A stretch of 64,000 nucleotides of DNA from an uncultured Actinomycetota bacterium. Its GTDB lineage: Bacteria > Actinomycetota > Actinomycetes > Propionibacteriales > Nocardioidaceae. Each line of letters starts with the position of its first letter. Positions within the stretch are counted from its first letter, which is position 1. The notes beneath the pieces were generated by a model that saw only the letters and a list, made by a program, of their open reading frames with translations, was not told the origin of the DNA and ran no database searches. The DNA lies in NCBI GenBank assembly GCA_963746185.1, contig CAVVAE010000003.1:11387-75386 (forward strand), read 5' to 3'. This document shows positions 18,453-27,940 of this stretch, piece by piece. A program made the position numbers and the translations under genes.

Positions 18453-19424
18453 GTGTCGTTGCCCCTGCATCCCGGCCTCGTCGGTCACCGCGTGGTCGTA
18501 CGACGCCGGCTTCCAGGTGAGACAGGTCCCAGCGGTGGACCCGCCATGACCGACGTGCTCGGGATCCTCGAGGTGTGGGGCGACACCACGATCAGCGTGC
18601 GACGAGAGGACGGCGACCTCGTCACATTTGCCATCGCCGACATCGTGACGGGCAAGCCCGTCCCCCCGCGAGGCTCGACTCGACTCCGGATCAGCGCGGA
18701 GGCGTTGCAGGGGATCTGTGCGGCCGGCTGGCGAGGCGTCTCGGAGGAACGTCTCGGTGACTGGCTGCTGCGCTCCAGCGGCGGCTTCACCGGGCGGGCC
18801 AACTCCGCCCTGATCGCCGGCGACCCAGGCATGGCCCTGCCGGACGCTCTCTCAGCTGTGCGCCACTTCTACGCCCGCCACGGATGTCCTCCGCTGGCCC
18901 AGGTCATCGTCGGAACAGACTGGTTGCATCGGCTCGAGGCAGAAGGCTGGCACCCTGCCCGTCCTCACGAACCAGACGCGATCGTGCAGGTCGCCTCGGT
19001 GGCACAGGCCCGCAGGGGGGCCAACCCCCCGACTTCCGACGTGGCCTTGTCTGCCACGTGCTCCGACAGCTGGCTGCGCCTCTACGGCCGGACCGCGGGA
19101 CACGATGCCGCGATGGCCATGCGCGTGCTCGCGTCAGGGGGCGAAGTCTGCTTCGCCCAGATCGGTGACCCCGTCGTTGCGATCGGACGCGGTGTCGTGA
19201 CCGGCGACTGGCTCGGACTCTCTGCCGTCGAGGTCGTCCCCGAACAACGGGGACAGGGTCTGGCCAAAGCAGTCGTGCAGGGTCTGCTGGCGTGGGGCGC
19301 TTCGCTGGGTGCCCTGTCGTCGTACCTGCAAACACTGCCCAACAATGCTGCGGCACTGGGGTTGTACGCCCGATACGGCTTTACGACGCACCATGCCTAC
19401 CGCTATCTGGCCCCAGTGGAATGA
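18453..19424 (+). CDS. GNAT family N-acetyltransferase
   Basis: C-terminal GNAT block VVPEQRGQGLAKAVVQGLLAWG...ALGLYARYGF. The 466-aa ORF from 18024 is antisense to fdxA for its first 320 nt. The GTG at 18453 and the ATG at 18546 are the plausible starts. Confidence 0.7.
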   Translation: MSLPLHPGLVGHRVVVRRRLPGETGPSGGPAMTDVLGILEVWGDTTISVRREDGDLVTFAIADIVTGKPVPPRGSTRLRISAEALQGICAAGWRGVSEERLGDWLLRSSGGFTGRANSALIAGDPGMALPDALSAVRHFYARHGCPPLAQVIVGTDWLHRLEAEGWHPARPHEPDAIVQVASVAQARRGANPPTSDVALSATCSDSWLRLYGRTAGHDAAMAMRVLASGGEVCFAQIGDPVVAIGRGVVTGDWLGLSAVEVVPEQRGQGLAKAVVQGLLAWGASLGALSSYLQTLPNNAAALGLYARYGFTTHHAYRYLAPVE

Positions 19425-19468
19425 CGGGCCGGCTGGATGCGAAAGAGAGCGCCAAGAAGGCGTCTCGG

Positions 19469-19810
19469 TCAGGCCTCGCCCACGAGAAGACCGCTCGGTT
19501 CGCCGGAGCGTGACGGCAGGCTGTCGTCAGAGACTCTGCCGGGTATCGCGTGCACGGTGTTGTGATGGCACGTGCCGCATACCCAGCCTTCCACCGACAT
19601 CGGGACCTCATTGGCTTGTGACTCGGTGTAGAAGGCGTGGCCCATCTTCAACGCCACGAGGACGTCGGCAACCTTCATCAGCGTCGGCGGGCCGACGCCG
19701 ACCTCGATCGCTACCTCACCGATGTGGTCTTGATCCGTGCACGAGAGCGATCTCATCGTGCAGACAACCTTGTACCGACTCACCCAAAGCCCCTCTGTCC
19801 CAGTTTCCAT
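19469..19810 (-). CDS. Hypothetical protein
   Basis: The ORF uses GC-rich third codon positions. There is a loose, from-memory resemblance to DUF3892-type small proteins (KVVCT...DHIGEVAI...FYTES). The ATG at 19808-19810 was chosen; the maximal ORF reaches 19903. Confidence 0.45.
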   Translation of the reverse strand: METGTEGLWVSRYKVVCTMRSLSCTDQDHIGEVAIEVGVGPPTLMKVADVLVALKMGHAFYTESQANEVPMSVEGWVCGTCHHNTVHAIPGRVSDDSLPSRSGEPSGLLVGEA

Positions 19811-19948
19811 CAGGATAGAAACGACGACGCCCCACGGGAGCCCAGTTGTGGCGCTAGTCGTCCGTTCGGAGGCAGCAAATGAGCCGAACGATTGACCCGC
19901 CATTCAAGGTTGCACCCGCGGACCCACCTGGGCTGAGGGCTCGCGGGC

Positions 19949-21616
19949 CTAGCGGCAGACCACGGTGTCCAAGGGCGCGTAGCGCGAGTGCGTCGTCTCG
20001 GCGCGCTGGTGACCTTCGGACTTCAAGGTGCGGATGACGTTGACCTCGAAGCCAGCAACACCCTTTCGCGGCACACAATTGCGGGACCGATCGCGAATCA
20101 CCTTCGGCTTGACGATGTTGGAGCGCGGCGAGGTCTCTGTCGTGATCTTCCAGTAGGGGGTGCTCCACATCTGGACGTGAACCACGCCCGAACCGCCCTT
20201 CGCCGCATCGACAAAGGCCCGCACGTAGACGCCGTAGGGAGACTCGTTGATGAGCACGAGATCGGTGGCCGGCGGCTCGATATGGGCATCGCGACCGATG
20301 GGGAATTCGGGTGAGTAGATCCGGTTCGCGCTGCGCTCGGGGGCTGAGAGCCCGGCGTTGAACGCGGCGTCGTACGTCACGGAGGCCACGAAGGATGCCG
20401 TCGCCGGCGAAGACGCGGTGTCGACGTGACTGATGAAGCTGAAAGTGGCATCTGGCTTCAACAGAGTCCCGTCGAGCTGACGGACCATCGTGGTGGGGTT
20501 GCCCCCCATGGTGTTGTCGGAGTAGCGAATTGCCTTGCCTGACACGCGTTCGTTGACGCGCAGCATCCGCATCTCCTGGGTGGTGGTGTTGGGGTTGTCG
20601 GCAACGATGTCGACGCTGCCATGACGGTCGTCGCCCTGACGCGGCACCACGCGGAGGACAGCTGCGGCCAACGCCTCCTTGCTCACCGTCACGCCGCTCC
20701 GTCCCGGTATGACGACGGGGTGGCCGTTCCTGAACAAGATCCGCGCGTTGACCGGGTGATGCGGCAACCTTTGCAGCACTGGCCGTGCTCGTTGGATCAG
20801 GACGTCCGCGTCGATGTCGAGCTGAAGGCCGGCGTCGCCGACGACTGCGCGCAACGCCCGCCCGAAGTGGCCACGGGTGAGCGTCATGGTGGCGTCAGCA
20901 GCCCGCAGCCGAATCGGCCCACTCAGCGCGCGCCGGGCCGTCGTATCCATGAACTGGGTCGCCTCGATCGCGGTGATCGCTGGTTGGACAGCCTCGATCG
21001 GCAGGGTGACGGTGTCATCGCCCGCGATCAGGGCTTCTTCCAACCGTTCGCCGCTGTTCTGGAAGTTCAGCGCCCGCCCGGCCTGGCCGAACGTCGCCTT
21101 GGGCTCACCGGACGCAAACGAGACCTTCGAGTCGATGGGCTCGCGCTCCACGTGGCGAGCAATCTTGGCCAGGCTTGCCGACAGCTCGGACTCGTCGGTG
21201 TCGACGACGGGCTGGAGTGACTCACCGCCCATGAGCACATGCAGCATGTGGCGGGGATCCCACGGGCTACCGCCGAGCCCTTCCTCGAGAGTGGCGTCGA
21301 TGTCGAACGTCAGTCCCGCCACTTGCGGATCGAGACTGAACTCTTGTCCTGCTGCGGACACTTTCAGCGGTTGCAGCAGCCGTGGCGCCAACTCCTCTTG
21401 CAAGACAATGCGCGCCTCGTCCTGATCCATGCCACCCACGTCGATGCCCGCCACCTCCGTGCCCGCAGGCAGCTTGTCGCCCGCTACGAAGTACCCGACG
21501 GCGTACAGCGCGCCGCACAGCAGCGTGAAGCCGATGATGAAGACCGTCGCGAACCGCAGGTCATGGGTCTTGGGCAAGTCGTCGAGGTAGACCTTGCGTC
21601 GCGGCCACAGCCTCAT
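19949..21616 (-). CDS. VanW/YoaR-like membrane-anchored protein
   Basis: N-terminal TM anchor (FATVFIIGFTLLCGALYAV) and a C-terminal VanW-like region (VTYDAAFNAGL...YSPEFPIGRDAHI...VLINESPYGVYV). The ATG at 21614-21616 overlaps the upstream stop at 21613-21615. Confidence 0.78.
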   Translation of the reverse strand: MRLWPRRKVYLDDLPKTHDLRFATVFIIGFTLLCGALYAVGYFVAGDKLPAGTEVAGIDVGGMDQDEARIVLQEELAPRLLQPLKVSAAGQEFSLDPQVAGLTFDIDATLEEGLGGSPWDPRHMLHVLMGGESLQPVVDTDESELSASLAKIARHVEREPIDSKVSFASGEPKATFGQAGRALNFQNSGERLEEALIAGDDTVTLPIEAVQPAITAIEATQFMDTTARRALSGPIRLRAADATMTLTRGHFGRALRAVVGDAGLQLDIDADVLIQRARPVLQRLPHHPVNARILFRNGHPVVIPGRSGVTVSKEALAAAVLRVVPRQGDDRHGSVDIVADNPNTTTQEMRMLRVNERVSGKAIRYSDNTMGGNPTTMVRQLDGTLLKPDATFSFISHVDTASSPATASFVASVTYDAAFNAGLSAPERSANRIYSPEFPIGRDAHIEPPATDLVLINESPYGVYVRAFVDAAKGGSGVVHVQMWSTPYWKITTETSPRSNIVKPKVIRDRSRNCVPRKGVAGFEVNVIRTLKSEGHQRAETTHSRYAPLDTVVCR

Positions 21617-21990
21617 GACGGGCGTCCCGCCGATGCCGCACTCACGATCACGCAAACAGGCGCGATGAGAAGGAAGCTGAGGCCAAGCCAGTCCTGAGCC
21701 AACAGGTAGTCACCCTCGGGACGACCCCCCAGGACCAGACCGGCACCGATGATCCAACCTCCAGCCGCAGCGAAACCGTACGGACGCCCGATCGCGCGGG
21801 CCAGGAGGACGACGCCGACCGAAGCAGCGATGCTCAAGATCAGTCCCCACGGCAAAGCGATGCCGCCGGGACGCCAGGCCATCCGCGACACCAGCGCGGC
21901 TAGCGCGGCCACACAGAAGGACGCGGCGCCGATCGCCACCGCCAAGGTCATCATGACAGCACGACTGCGGACCAGATCAGCGGTGGGCAC
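21613..21990 (-). CDS. Small polytopic membrane protein following mshB
   Basis: 3-4 hydrophobic segments (MMTLAVAIGAASFCVAALAAL, LILSIAASVGVVLL, GGWIIGAGLVLG, LSFLLIAPVCVIV). The GTG at 21988-21990 lies 4 nt after the mshB stop. From memory, similar small membrane proteins (DUF6113-type) follow mshB in other actinobacteria. Confidence 0.6.
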   Translation of the reverse strand: MPTADLVRSRAVMMTLAVAIGAASFCVAALAALVSRMAWRPGGIALPWGLILSIAASVGVVLLARAIGRPYGFAAAGGWIIGAGLVLGGRPEGDYLLAQDWLGLSFLLIAPVCVIVSAASAGRPS

Positions 21991-21994
21991 CGAC

Positions 21995-22912
21995 TTAGGC
22001 CACTCCGGCGAAGAGGTCAGACTCGAACCCGTCGACGACGTCAGCCGCTGAGCCCTTGACGAGGCGGTAGAACTCGGTGCCCCAGACTTCATTCCCGATG
22101 TTGTTGGAGAGGGCGAAGAACGGGCCATCGACGGTGATCTGGGTGCTATGCGCACGCATGGCGGCAAGCTTTTGCTCGACGCGCTCACCTCCTTCGATCT
22201 TGGCGGAGATCAGCTCGTCGGGCGTGACGAACGGTGGCAACGGGCCATCAGGATCCATCCCCTCGAACGTCGTCACGTCACCCATGGCGCGCAGGTCGCG
22301 AAGGCCTTGACGCATCCGGCTCTCCGACATCGCCGTCCAGTAGATCTTCGGCACCTCCCAGGCCGGCCCGAGATCACGGCGATAGGGGTCGGCTCCGGCG
22401 AGCAGGCTGCCGTACATCGCCACTCGGTGGGCCTGAATGTGGTCAGGGTGACCGTAGCCACCGAACTCGTCGTACGTCACGAGCACCTGGGGTTTGACCT
22501 CACGGATGATCTCGACCAGGTGGTTGGACGCCTCGACGAGGTCGGCGGCCCAGAACGTGTCGGGGCGGATTTCGTCGGGAGGCTTAGCACCCCACTCCCC
22601 CTCGGCCATTCCGGTGTCGCGGTATCGGCCCGGGCCGCCCAAGAAGCGGTAGTCGGTGACGCCGAGTTCGCGCATCGCGTCGTCGAGTTCTCCGATGCGG
22701 TGCTGACCAAGCTTGTCGTCCCGGTGTGAAGCCAGGTGCTCCAGCGTAGGGACGAGCACTTCACCTTCTTCGCCGAGCGTGCACGTGACGAGCGTGACGA
22801 GCGCACCTTCGGCGACGTACTTGGCCATCGATGCGCCATTGTTGATCGACTCGTCGTCAGGATGGGCGTGGACCAGGAGCATGCGCCGGTCAGGCAAGGT
22901 GTCGGCTGTCAT
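21995..22912 (-). CDS. mshB: N-acetyl-1-D-myo-inositol-2-amino-2-deoxy-alpha-D-glucopyranoside deacetylase (mycothiol biosynthesis)
   Basis: LmbE-family motif [15 protein letters not shown], plus [18 protein letters not shown] and MshB-typical length. Confidence 0.92.
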   Translation of the reverse strand: MTADTLPDRRMLLVHAHPDDESINNGASMAKYVAEGALVTLVTCTLGEEGEVLVPTLEHLASHRDDKLGQHRIGELDDAMRELGVTDYRFLGGPGRYRDTGMAEGEWGAKPPDEIRPDTFWAADLVEASNHLVEIIREVKPQVLVTYDEFGGYGHPDHIQAHRVAMYGSLLAGADPYRRDLGPAWEVPKIYWTAMSESRMRQGLRDLRAMGDVTTFEGMDPDGPLPPFVTPDELISAKIEGGERVEQKLAAMRAHSTQITVDGPFFALSNNIGNEVWGTEFYRLVKGSAADVVDGFESDLFAGVA

Positions 22913-23022
22913 GGCGCCCAGCCTACGACCCGCCTTCTGCCATCGCGGTCAGCGACTCTGGCCGCCGGCCGCCGGCTCTGGCCTACGAGCGACGGTTGAT
23001 TTGCCGGATGGGAAGATGAGGA

Positions 23023-23565
23023 ATGCGCAAAGTCGTGCTCTACCAACTGCTGTCATTGGACGGGGTCGCCGAGGAACCCAGCGATTGGATGTTCGATGTC
23101 GACAGAACGATTTTCGACAACCTCGGCAACATCATCGCGACGCAGGACACCGTCCTCTTTGGCCGCAAGACCTACGACTATTGGGTCGACTTCTGGCCGA
23201 CCTCCGATGTGGAGCCGTTCGCAAGCTTCATCAACAACACACACAAGTACGTGTTCACCTCGAGCACCCCGACCCAGGAATGGGCGAACTCGACCATCGT
23301 CAACGACCCGCCCACCGAGTTCGTCGCCGACCTGAAGCAGCAGTCCGGAGGCGACGTGGGCGTGCATGGAAGCATCGCGCTGGCCCAATCGCTGCTTCGC
23401 GCCAACCTCATCGATGAGCTCCGACTGGTCGTGGCGCCGACGATCGCCAACAGCGGTCGACGACTGTTCGACAGTGACGACGCCCTTCGCAAGCTCGAGC
23501 TGCTCGAGAGCCGCACCACCGATGGTGGGTCGTTGCTGCTGACCTACCGAGTGAAACTGCCATGA
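23023..23565 (+). CDS. Dihydrofolate reductase family protein (RibD C-terminal domain type)
   Basis: MRKVVLYQLLSLDGV...FGRKTYDYW...GDVGVHGS..L...LIDELRLVVAP pattern. Confidence 0.85.
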   Translation: MRKVVLYQLLSLDGVAEEPSDWMFDVDRTIFDNLGNIIATQDTVLFGRKTYDYWVDFWPTSDVEPFASFINNTHKYVFTSSTPTQEWANSTIVNDPPTEFVADLKQQSGGDVGVHGSIALAQSLLRANLIDELRLVVAPTIANSGRRLFDSDDALRKLELLESRTTDGGSLLLTYRVKLP

Positions 23566-24920
23566 CCGTCGCACCCAGTTTCCGGCTCGACGACGAACAG
23601 TCGATTCGCGACCGGATGAGCGAGTTCTCCGTGCCCGGCCTGAGCATCGCGGTGATCGAGGCCGGCCAGGTTGTCGACCAACGCTCGTACGGCGTCCGCA
23701 CCACAGGTGATGACTCGCCCGTGACACCGACGACCCGGTTCCAGGCCTGCTCGATCAGCAAACCGGTGACCGTATTGGCGATGCTGCGGCTCGTCGAGCA
23801 GGGTCGGCTCGATCTCGACGCGGACGTCAACGACAGGCTCAAGTCCTGGCGGGTCCCAGCGAACGGTGGTTGGCAGCCACGAGTGACGCTCCGCCATCTC
23901 GCCAGCCACTCGGCCGGGCTGACGGCGCACGGTTTCCCCGGCTACCCGCGCGGCACCACAGTCCCCAACCTTGTGGAGGTGCTGTCCGGCATCTCGCCGG
24001 CGAACACAGAAGGCGTCCGGGTGGACATCGTCCCCGGCGTGCAGTTCCGTTACTCCGGCGGCGGAACGACCGTGATGCAGTTGCTGCTGGAGGATTCCAC
24101 CGGTATGCCGATCGCCGACCTCCTGCGCGAGCTGGTCCTCGAGCCGCTCGCGATGGAACACAGCGGCTACGAGCAGCCGCTCCCTCAGGCGTGGCACGAC
24201 GACGCCGCCACAGCGCATGACATCGACGGTCGCCCGATCGAGGGAGAATGGCACGTCTATCCCGAGCAGGGTGCTGCGGGCCTCTGGACCACGCCGTCCG
24301 ACCTGGCAAGCTTCGCCATGGCGATCCAGGACGCCGCCGCGGGGAACGACGGTGCACTCATCTCGGCCGGGATGGCGGAGCAGATGCTGACGCCGCAGAC
24401 GCCGCCGGCACCCGGGGCAGAGCGGATCGGCGGCCTCAACGCGGTGGGGCTCGGGCCGTTTGTGCGCTGGGTTGACGGCCGAACGACGTACTTCGGCCAC
24501 AGCGGAAGCAACGAAGGCTTCCGCTGCCACCTGATGGCTCACCGCGACGAGGGGATCGGTGCCGCCGTCATGACGAATGGCGACGGAGCAGCCCCGTTGA
24601 TCATCGAGGCGTTCGACGCCATCGCGGCAGCGCAGGGCTGGGACGGCTACAGCACCGAGCCGATGGATGCGCTGCCACCCAAGGGGAACGCCCTCGACCA
24701 GTTCACCGGCAGCTACTCACTGCCAACGGGTACGCCGGTCGACGTGCACCGTAGTGGCGACCACCTCAACGTCGTGATCGGCGACCAACCCGCGTTGGCG
24801 TTCTTTCCGCGTGATGCGACCACGATCGCAGCGCAGCTGGCCGATGCCACGTTGACCAAGTCCGACGACGGCTTCGTGTTGCACCAGAGCGGCACGGACA
24901 CGCCTTGTCGACGGGTGTGA
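23562..24920 (+). CDS. Serine hydrolase, beta-lactamase/transpeptidase-like family
   Basis: S-x-x-K motif SISKPVT, then YSGGG and HSGSNEGF blocks. The ATG overlaps the preceding stop (ATGA). Confidence 0.85.
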   Translation: MTVAPSFRLDDEQSIRDRMSEFSVPGLSIAVIEAGQVVDQRSYGVRTTGDDSPVTPTTRFQACSISKPVTVLAMLRLVEQGRLDLDADVNDRLKSWRVPANGGWQPRVTLRHLASHSAGLTAHGFPGYPRGTTVPNLVEVLSGISPANTEGVRVDIVPGVQFRYSGGGTTVMQLLLEDSTGMPIADLLRELVLEPLAMEHSGYEQPLPQAWHDDAATAHDIDGRPIEGEWHVYPEQGAAGLWTTPSDLASFAMAIQDAAAGNDGALISAGMAEQMLTPQTPPAPGAERIGGLNAVGLGPFVRWVDGRTTYFGHSGSNEGFRCHLMAHRDEGIGAAVMTNGDGAAPLIIEAFDAIAAAQGWDGYSTEPMDALPPKGNALDQFTGSYSLPTGTPVDVHRSGDHLNVVIGDQPALAFFPRDATTIAAQLADATLTKSDDGFVLHQSGTDTPCRRV

Positions 24921-24942
24921 ACGCGTCAAGAGTGGTGGCAGA

Positions 24943-24962
24943 CTAGTTCGCGATCGAACTAG
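24943..24962. promoter_or_regulatory. Candidate MarR operator (8-bp perfect inverted repeat with 4-nt spacer)
   Basis: CTAGTTCG-CGAT-CGAACTAG, 21 nt upstream of the MarR start codon. Confidence 0.55.
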
Positions 24963-24982
24963 CCGAGGCTGGAGGTAGAGAC

Positions 24983-25489
24983 ATGACGGCCGCAGCCCAC
25001 CCTGATCCCAGCCACCTCGTAGTGGATCAGCCGGGTGCCAACGTCGCGCTCGACCTATTCGTGCTCCACCAGCATCTCGGCGCCCTCCTGGACGTGGCCT
25101 TCGCCGACACAGGGGTCACGCCGTCGCAGTACCCCGTCTACTCCCAGCTCGGGCGAGGCACGTCGACTCCCGGCCAGATCGGTACCACGCTGGGTCTGCG
25201 TCCCGGCACGCTCTCCGGATACCTCTCGGCGATGGAAACTCGCGGCCACGTTGCCAGAGTCCGCAACGAGCACGATGGTCGGTCGCACATGATCGCCCTT
25301 ACGGAAACCGGAAAAGAGCAGTTGCGGGTGTGCCGACTGCGGATGCGACGCGCGTTGAAGGCCCTCAACACCCGCCTCGGATCCGCAGAGCAGGTCGACG
25401 CTGTTCGCCTGACCCTGGGCCAGCTCGACCAGGCGATCCTGGCCGCCACGACGGGACTGCAGGAGCGATCACGGTCGAGTGAGACGTGA
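24983..25489 (+). CDS. MarR family transcriptional regulator
   Basis: Winged-HTH block TPSQYPVYSQLGRGTSTPGQIGTTLGLRPGTLSGYLSAMETRGHVARVRNEHDGRS. Confidence 0.9.
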   Translation: MTAAAHPDPSHLVVDQPGANVALDLFVLHQHLGALLDVAFADTGVTPSQYPVYSQLGRGTSTPGQIGTTLGLRPGTLSGYLSAMETRGHVARVRNEHDGRSHMIALTETGKEQLRVCRLRMRRALKALNTRLGSAEQVDAVRLTLGQLDQAILAATTGLQERSRSSET

Positions 25490-26134
25490 CCTGCGGCGCC
25501 TGGAGCCGATCCTCCCCCACGGTTTGAAGACGCCAAGCACGGTGGCGAACGACAAGGCGATCAGCGACACGGCGGGCGGGAAGAACAGCGTGGACATGTC
25601 CCGCGTTGACGTCTCGCCGGCCAGCAGGTCGCTGCCGTGCTCTCCCACGTCGCCCATCCCGGGGCGCAGCACGACGACAATCAGTGTGCAGAGCACGAGA
25701 TTGAGGACCAGCTTCACCGCGACCCACCAGTACCGCAGCAGACCCCACTTGCTGCCCCAGCCGAGGACGACACCGGTCGCCAGGCAGACCAGTCCGGCAG
25801 CCAGCATCGGCCAGACCACAAAGAGGGATAGCGCCCGGTAGGCGACCCCCTTGACCGCTGGGTCGTCGCTGAACCAGCCGGTGAACACGAGGACGGCGAC
25901 GATGACATCGACCCCGATCCAGATGCCGCCGGACAAGATGTGCAGCGCGAGGGTCGTCTTGCGTAGCCGAGCGCCCAACCGGCGTTCCCGCCGAACGGGA
26001 ACATCGACGGTGGACCGGGTTGGCGTGGCGATGGTCTTTGAGCTCATGGCTCCCACCTCTCCCTTGGTGACGACGGCGATGGCGTCGTGGTGCGCTCCCA
26101 TGGGTGTGCCCTGCTCTGTCAGGGTCTCACTCAA
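25469..26134 (-). CDS. Integral membrane protein, unknown function
   Basis: Four clear hydrophobic spans (TLALHILSGGIWIGVDVIVAVLVF, LFVVWPMLAAGLVCLATGVVLGW, WWVAVKLVLNLVLCTLIVVVL, PPAVSLIALSFATVLGVF). Start uncertain (26134, or 26047 at MSSKT). Confidence 0.6.
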   Translation of the reverse strand: MSETLTEQGTPMGAHHDAIAVVTKGEVGAMSSKTIATPTRSTVDVPVRRERRLGARLRKTTLALHILSGGIWIGVDVIVAVLVFTGWFSDDPAVKGVAYRALSLFVVWPMLAAGLVCLATGVVLGWGSKWGLLRYWWVAVKLVLNLVLCTLIVVVLRPGMGDVGEHGSDLLAGETSTRDMSTLFFPPAVSLIALSFATVLGVFKPWGRIGSRRRRSRLTRP

Positions 26135-26135
26135 T

Positions 26136-26155
26136 CTATTTCGTGATCAAACTAA
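26136..26155. promoter_or_regulatory. Second copy of the MarR-box-like 20-mer
   Basis: CTATTTCGTGATCAAACTAA matches the 24943-24962 box at 16 of 20 positions. It sits in the divergent promoter region between the membrane protein gene and the SDR gene. Confidence 0.4.
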
Positions 26156-26209
26156 AACTCAAGGTCCGGAATCGCAGGTTCCGATGTTGGCCAGTGCTTT
26201 ACTGACGGC

Positions 26210-27157
26210 ATGACGCAAGACGCAGCACCGGCGCCACCGTCATTGACGGGGAAGGTCGCACTCGTGGCTGGCGCCACTCGCGGCGCAGGACGTGCGATTG
26301 CCGTGGAACTCGCACGCGCAGGCGCCTATGTCTACGCCACCGGACGGAGCTCAAGAGCGACCGGCCCTTCGGACATGGAACGCCCGGAAGTCATCGAAGA
26401 GACCGGCGAACTGATGATCGCTGCAGGCGGCGATGGCGCTGCGATCCGAGTGGACCATCTCGAGGAGTCCGAAGTTGTCGGGCTCCGCGAGCGCATCACT
26501 TCCGAACACGGACGGCTCGACGTACTCGTCAACGACATCTTCGGGGGCGGAAAGTTCACCCAGTGGGAGCGGAAGGTGTGGGAGCACGACATCGATGCGG
26601 GCTTCTACATGCTGCGGATGGGTCTGCATACGCACCTGATCAACATTCGGCACCTGGTGCCTCTCATGCTCGAGCATCCTGACGGCCTGGTCATCGAGGT
26701 GACTGACGGAACCTCGGAGTACAACGCTGACTTCAGGCGAGACGTGGGCTTCTACTACGACCTCGTCAAAGCCGGCGTCGAACGCATCACCGCGGGACTT
26801 GCCACCGAGTTCGACATTGCCGGCGAGCAATGCACCGCGGTGGCCGTGACACCCGGGTGGATGCGGTCGGAGTCGATGCTTGAGCAGTTTGGTGTTACCG
26901 AGGACAACTGGCGCGATGCGTGCGCGAAAGTGCCTGGGTTCGACATCTCGGAGTCCCCCGCGTTCGTCGGCCGTGGCATCGCAGCCCTCGCCGCAGACCC
27001 CGACCGGCACGCCTTCGCCGGCCAGGTGGTGTCTTCGGCACTGCTCGCGCGAATCTACGGGCATACGGACTTGGATGGTTCTCGACCCGACGTGTGGCTG
27101 CAGCACGCCGAACAGGTGCGACTCGGCAAGGACAGAAACGCCCTCGGGTACCGCTGA
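26210..27157 (+). CDS. SDR family oxidoreductase
   Basis: Rossmann motif GKVALVAGATRGAGRAIAVELARAGAYVYATGRS and the VNDIFGG block. Confidence 0.85.
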   Translation: MTQDAAPAPPSLTGKVALVAGATRGAGRAIAVELARAGAYVYATGRSSRATGPSDMERPEVIEETGELMIAAGGDGAAIRVDHLEESEVVGLRERITSEHGRLDVLVNDIFGGGKFTQWERKVWEHDIDAGFYMLRMGLHTHLINIRHLVPLMLEHPDGLVIEVTDGTSEYNADFRRDVGFYYDLVKAGVERITAGLATEFDIAGEQCTAVAVTPGWMRSESMLEQFGVTEDNWRDACAKVPGFDISESPAFVGRGIAALAADPDRHAFAGQVVSSALLARIYGHTDLDGSRPDVWLQHAEQVRLGKDRNALGYR

Positions 27158-27198
27158 GCGGGCCGGGGAGACTCCCGCGACCCGCCCAACGTGAACTC

Positions 27199-27729
27199 TC
27201 ACGACCGCGCTTTCCCGTCAGCAGGCAAGACATACCTCGCGCCCAGGGCGCGGGCACCGACCACCAAGCCGGCGGCGGCGAGCACGATGTCCTTGAGCAC
27301 GTACTGCGCCTCGAGCGTGGGCAGGTACCCAGGGAAGAGGTCGCCGAAGAACAACACGACCGGCGACATGATTCCGACCAGAGATCCGGCGAGGACGACT
27401 AACCCTGCTCGCAGTCCGATCCCCGTGAGCAGCGTCAGCCCGATGAAGCACTCGAGCAGAGCGGTCATCAGGACTGCTGCCGTCCCGGAGATCACGCCAA
27501 GTGTCAACGTGTCGATCGTCCGCATGACGAGAGCCTCCGCCGGAGAGGCACCTGGAAAGAACTTGAGAATTCCGAAGCCCAGGAAGACCAAGCCAAGGCT
27601 GACCCGAAGCGCCGTGACGCTGTGGGCGGCCAGCCATTTCGCCGTGATGTCCATGAGGTTGGCGGCGATGCGCCGCTCGGCAGGTTGATGCGCTTGGTTC
27701 TGCCGGCGAACCGTGGTGGTGACACTCAT
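27199..27729 (-). CDS. DoxX family membrane protein
   Basis: Four TM spans with a DoxX-like layout (LRVSLGLVFLGFGILKFF...). The ATG at 27727-27729 (MSVTTTV) is preferred over the 207-aa maximal ORF. Confidence 0.72.
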   Translation of the reverse strand: MSVTTTVRRQNQAHQPAERRIAANLMDITAKWLAAHSVTALRVSLGLVFLGFGILKFFPGASPAEALVMRTIDTLTLGVISGTAAVLMTALLECFIGLTLLTGIGLRAGLVVLAGSLVGIMSPVVLFFGDLFPGYLPTLEAQYVLKDIVLAAAGLVVGARALGARYVLPADGKARS

Positions 27730-27940
27730 GATGAACTCCTTGCGTCCGGGGTCCCCCTTGAACCCTTCGGACTCCGACAATTCCGAGGTATGGAGTTCAA
27801 AACGTCCGCCGACCAACGTCATCCTCCCTGCGCGAGCTGCCGCAGCTCGGGCTGCGCGCTACGCCGCTCGACGTACGTCCATCTGCGATGGCGCGCGCGA
27901 AGACTGGGCGAACCGAGGGCCTTCGTAAGCCTGGCTGCCG

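Noticed and set aside
23544-24542. 332-aa minus-strand ORF. The same applies to 37496-38488, 32046-32951, 35665-36462, 33116-33982, 59084-60244, 59584-60726, 34773-35729 and 13065-14153.
   Set aside because: All are antisense to genes with clear family motifs (beta-lactamase-like, FAD dehydrogenase, sdh subunits, cyclase/GNAT, dapE) and show the R/G/P/D-rich composition of spurious high-GC frames.
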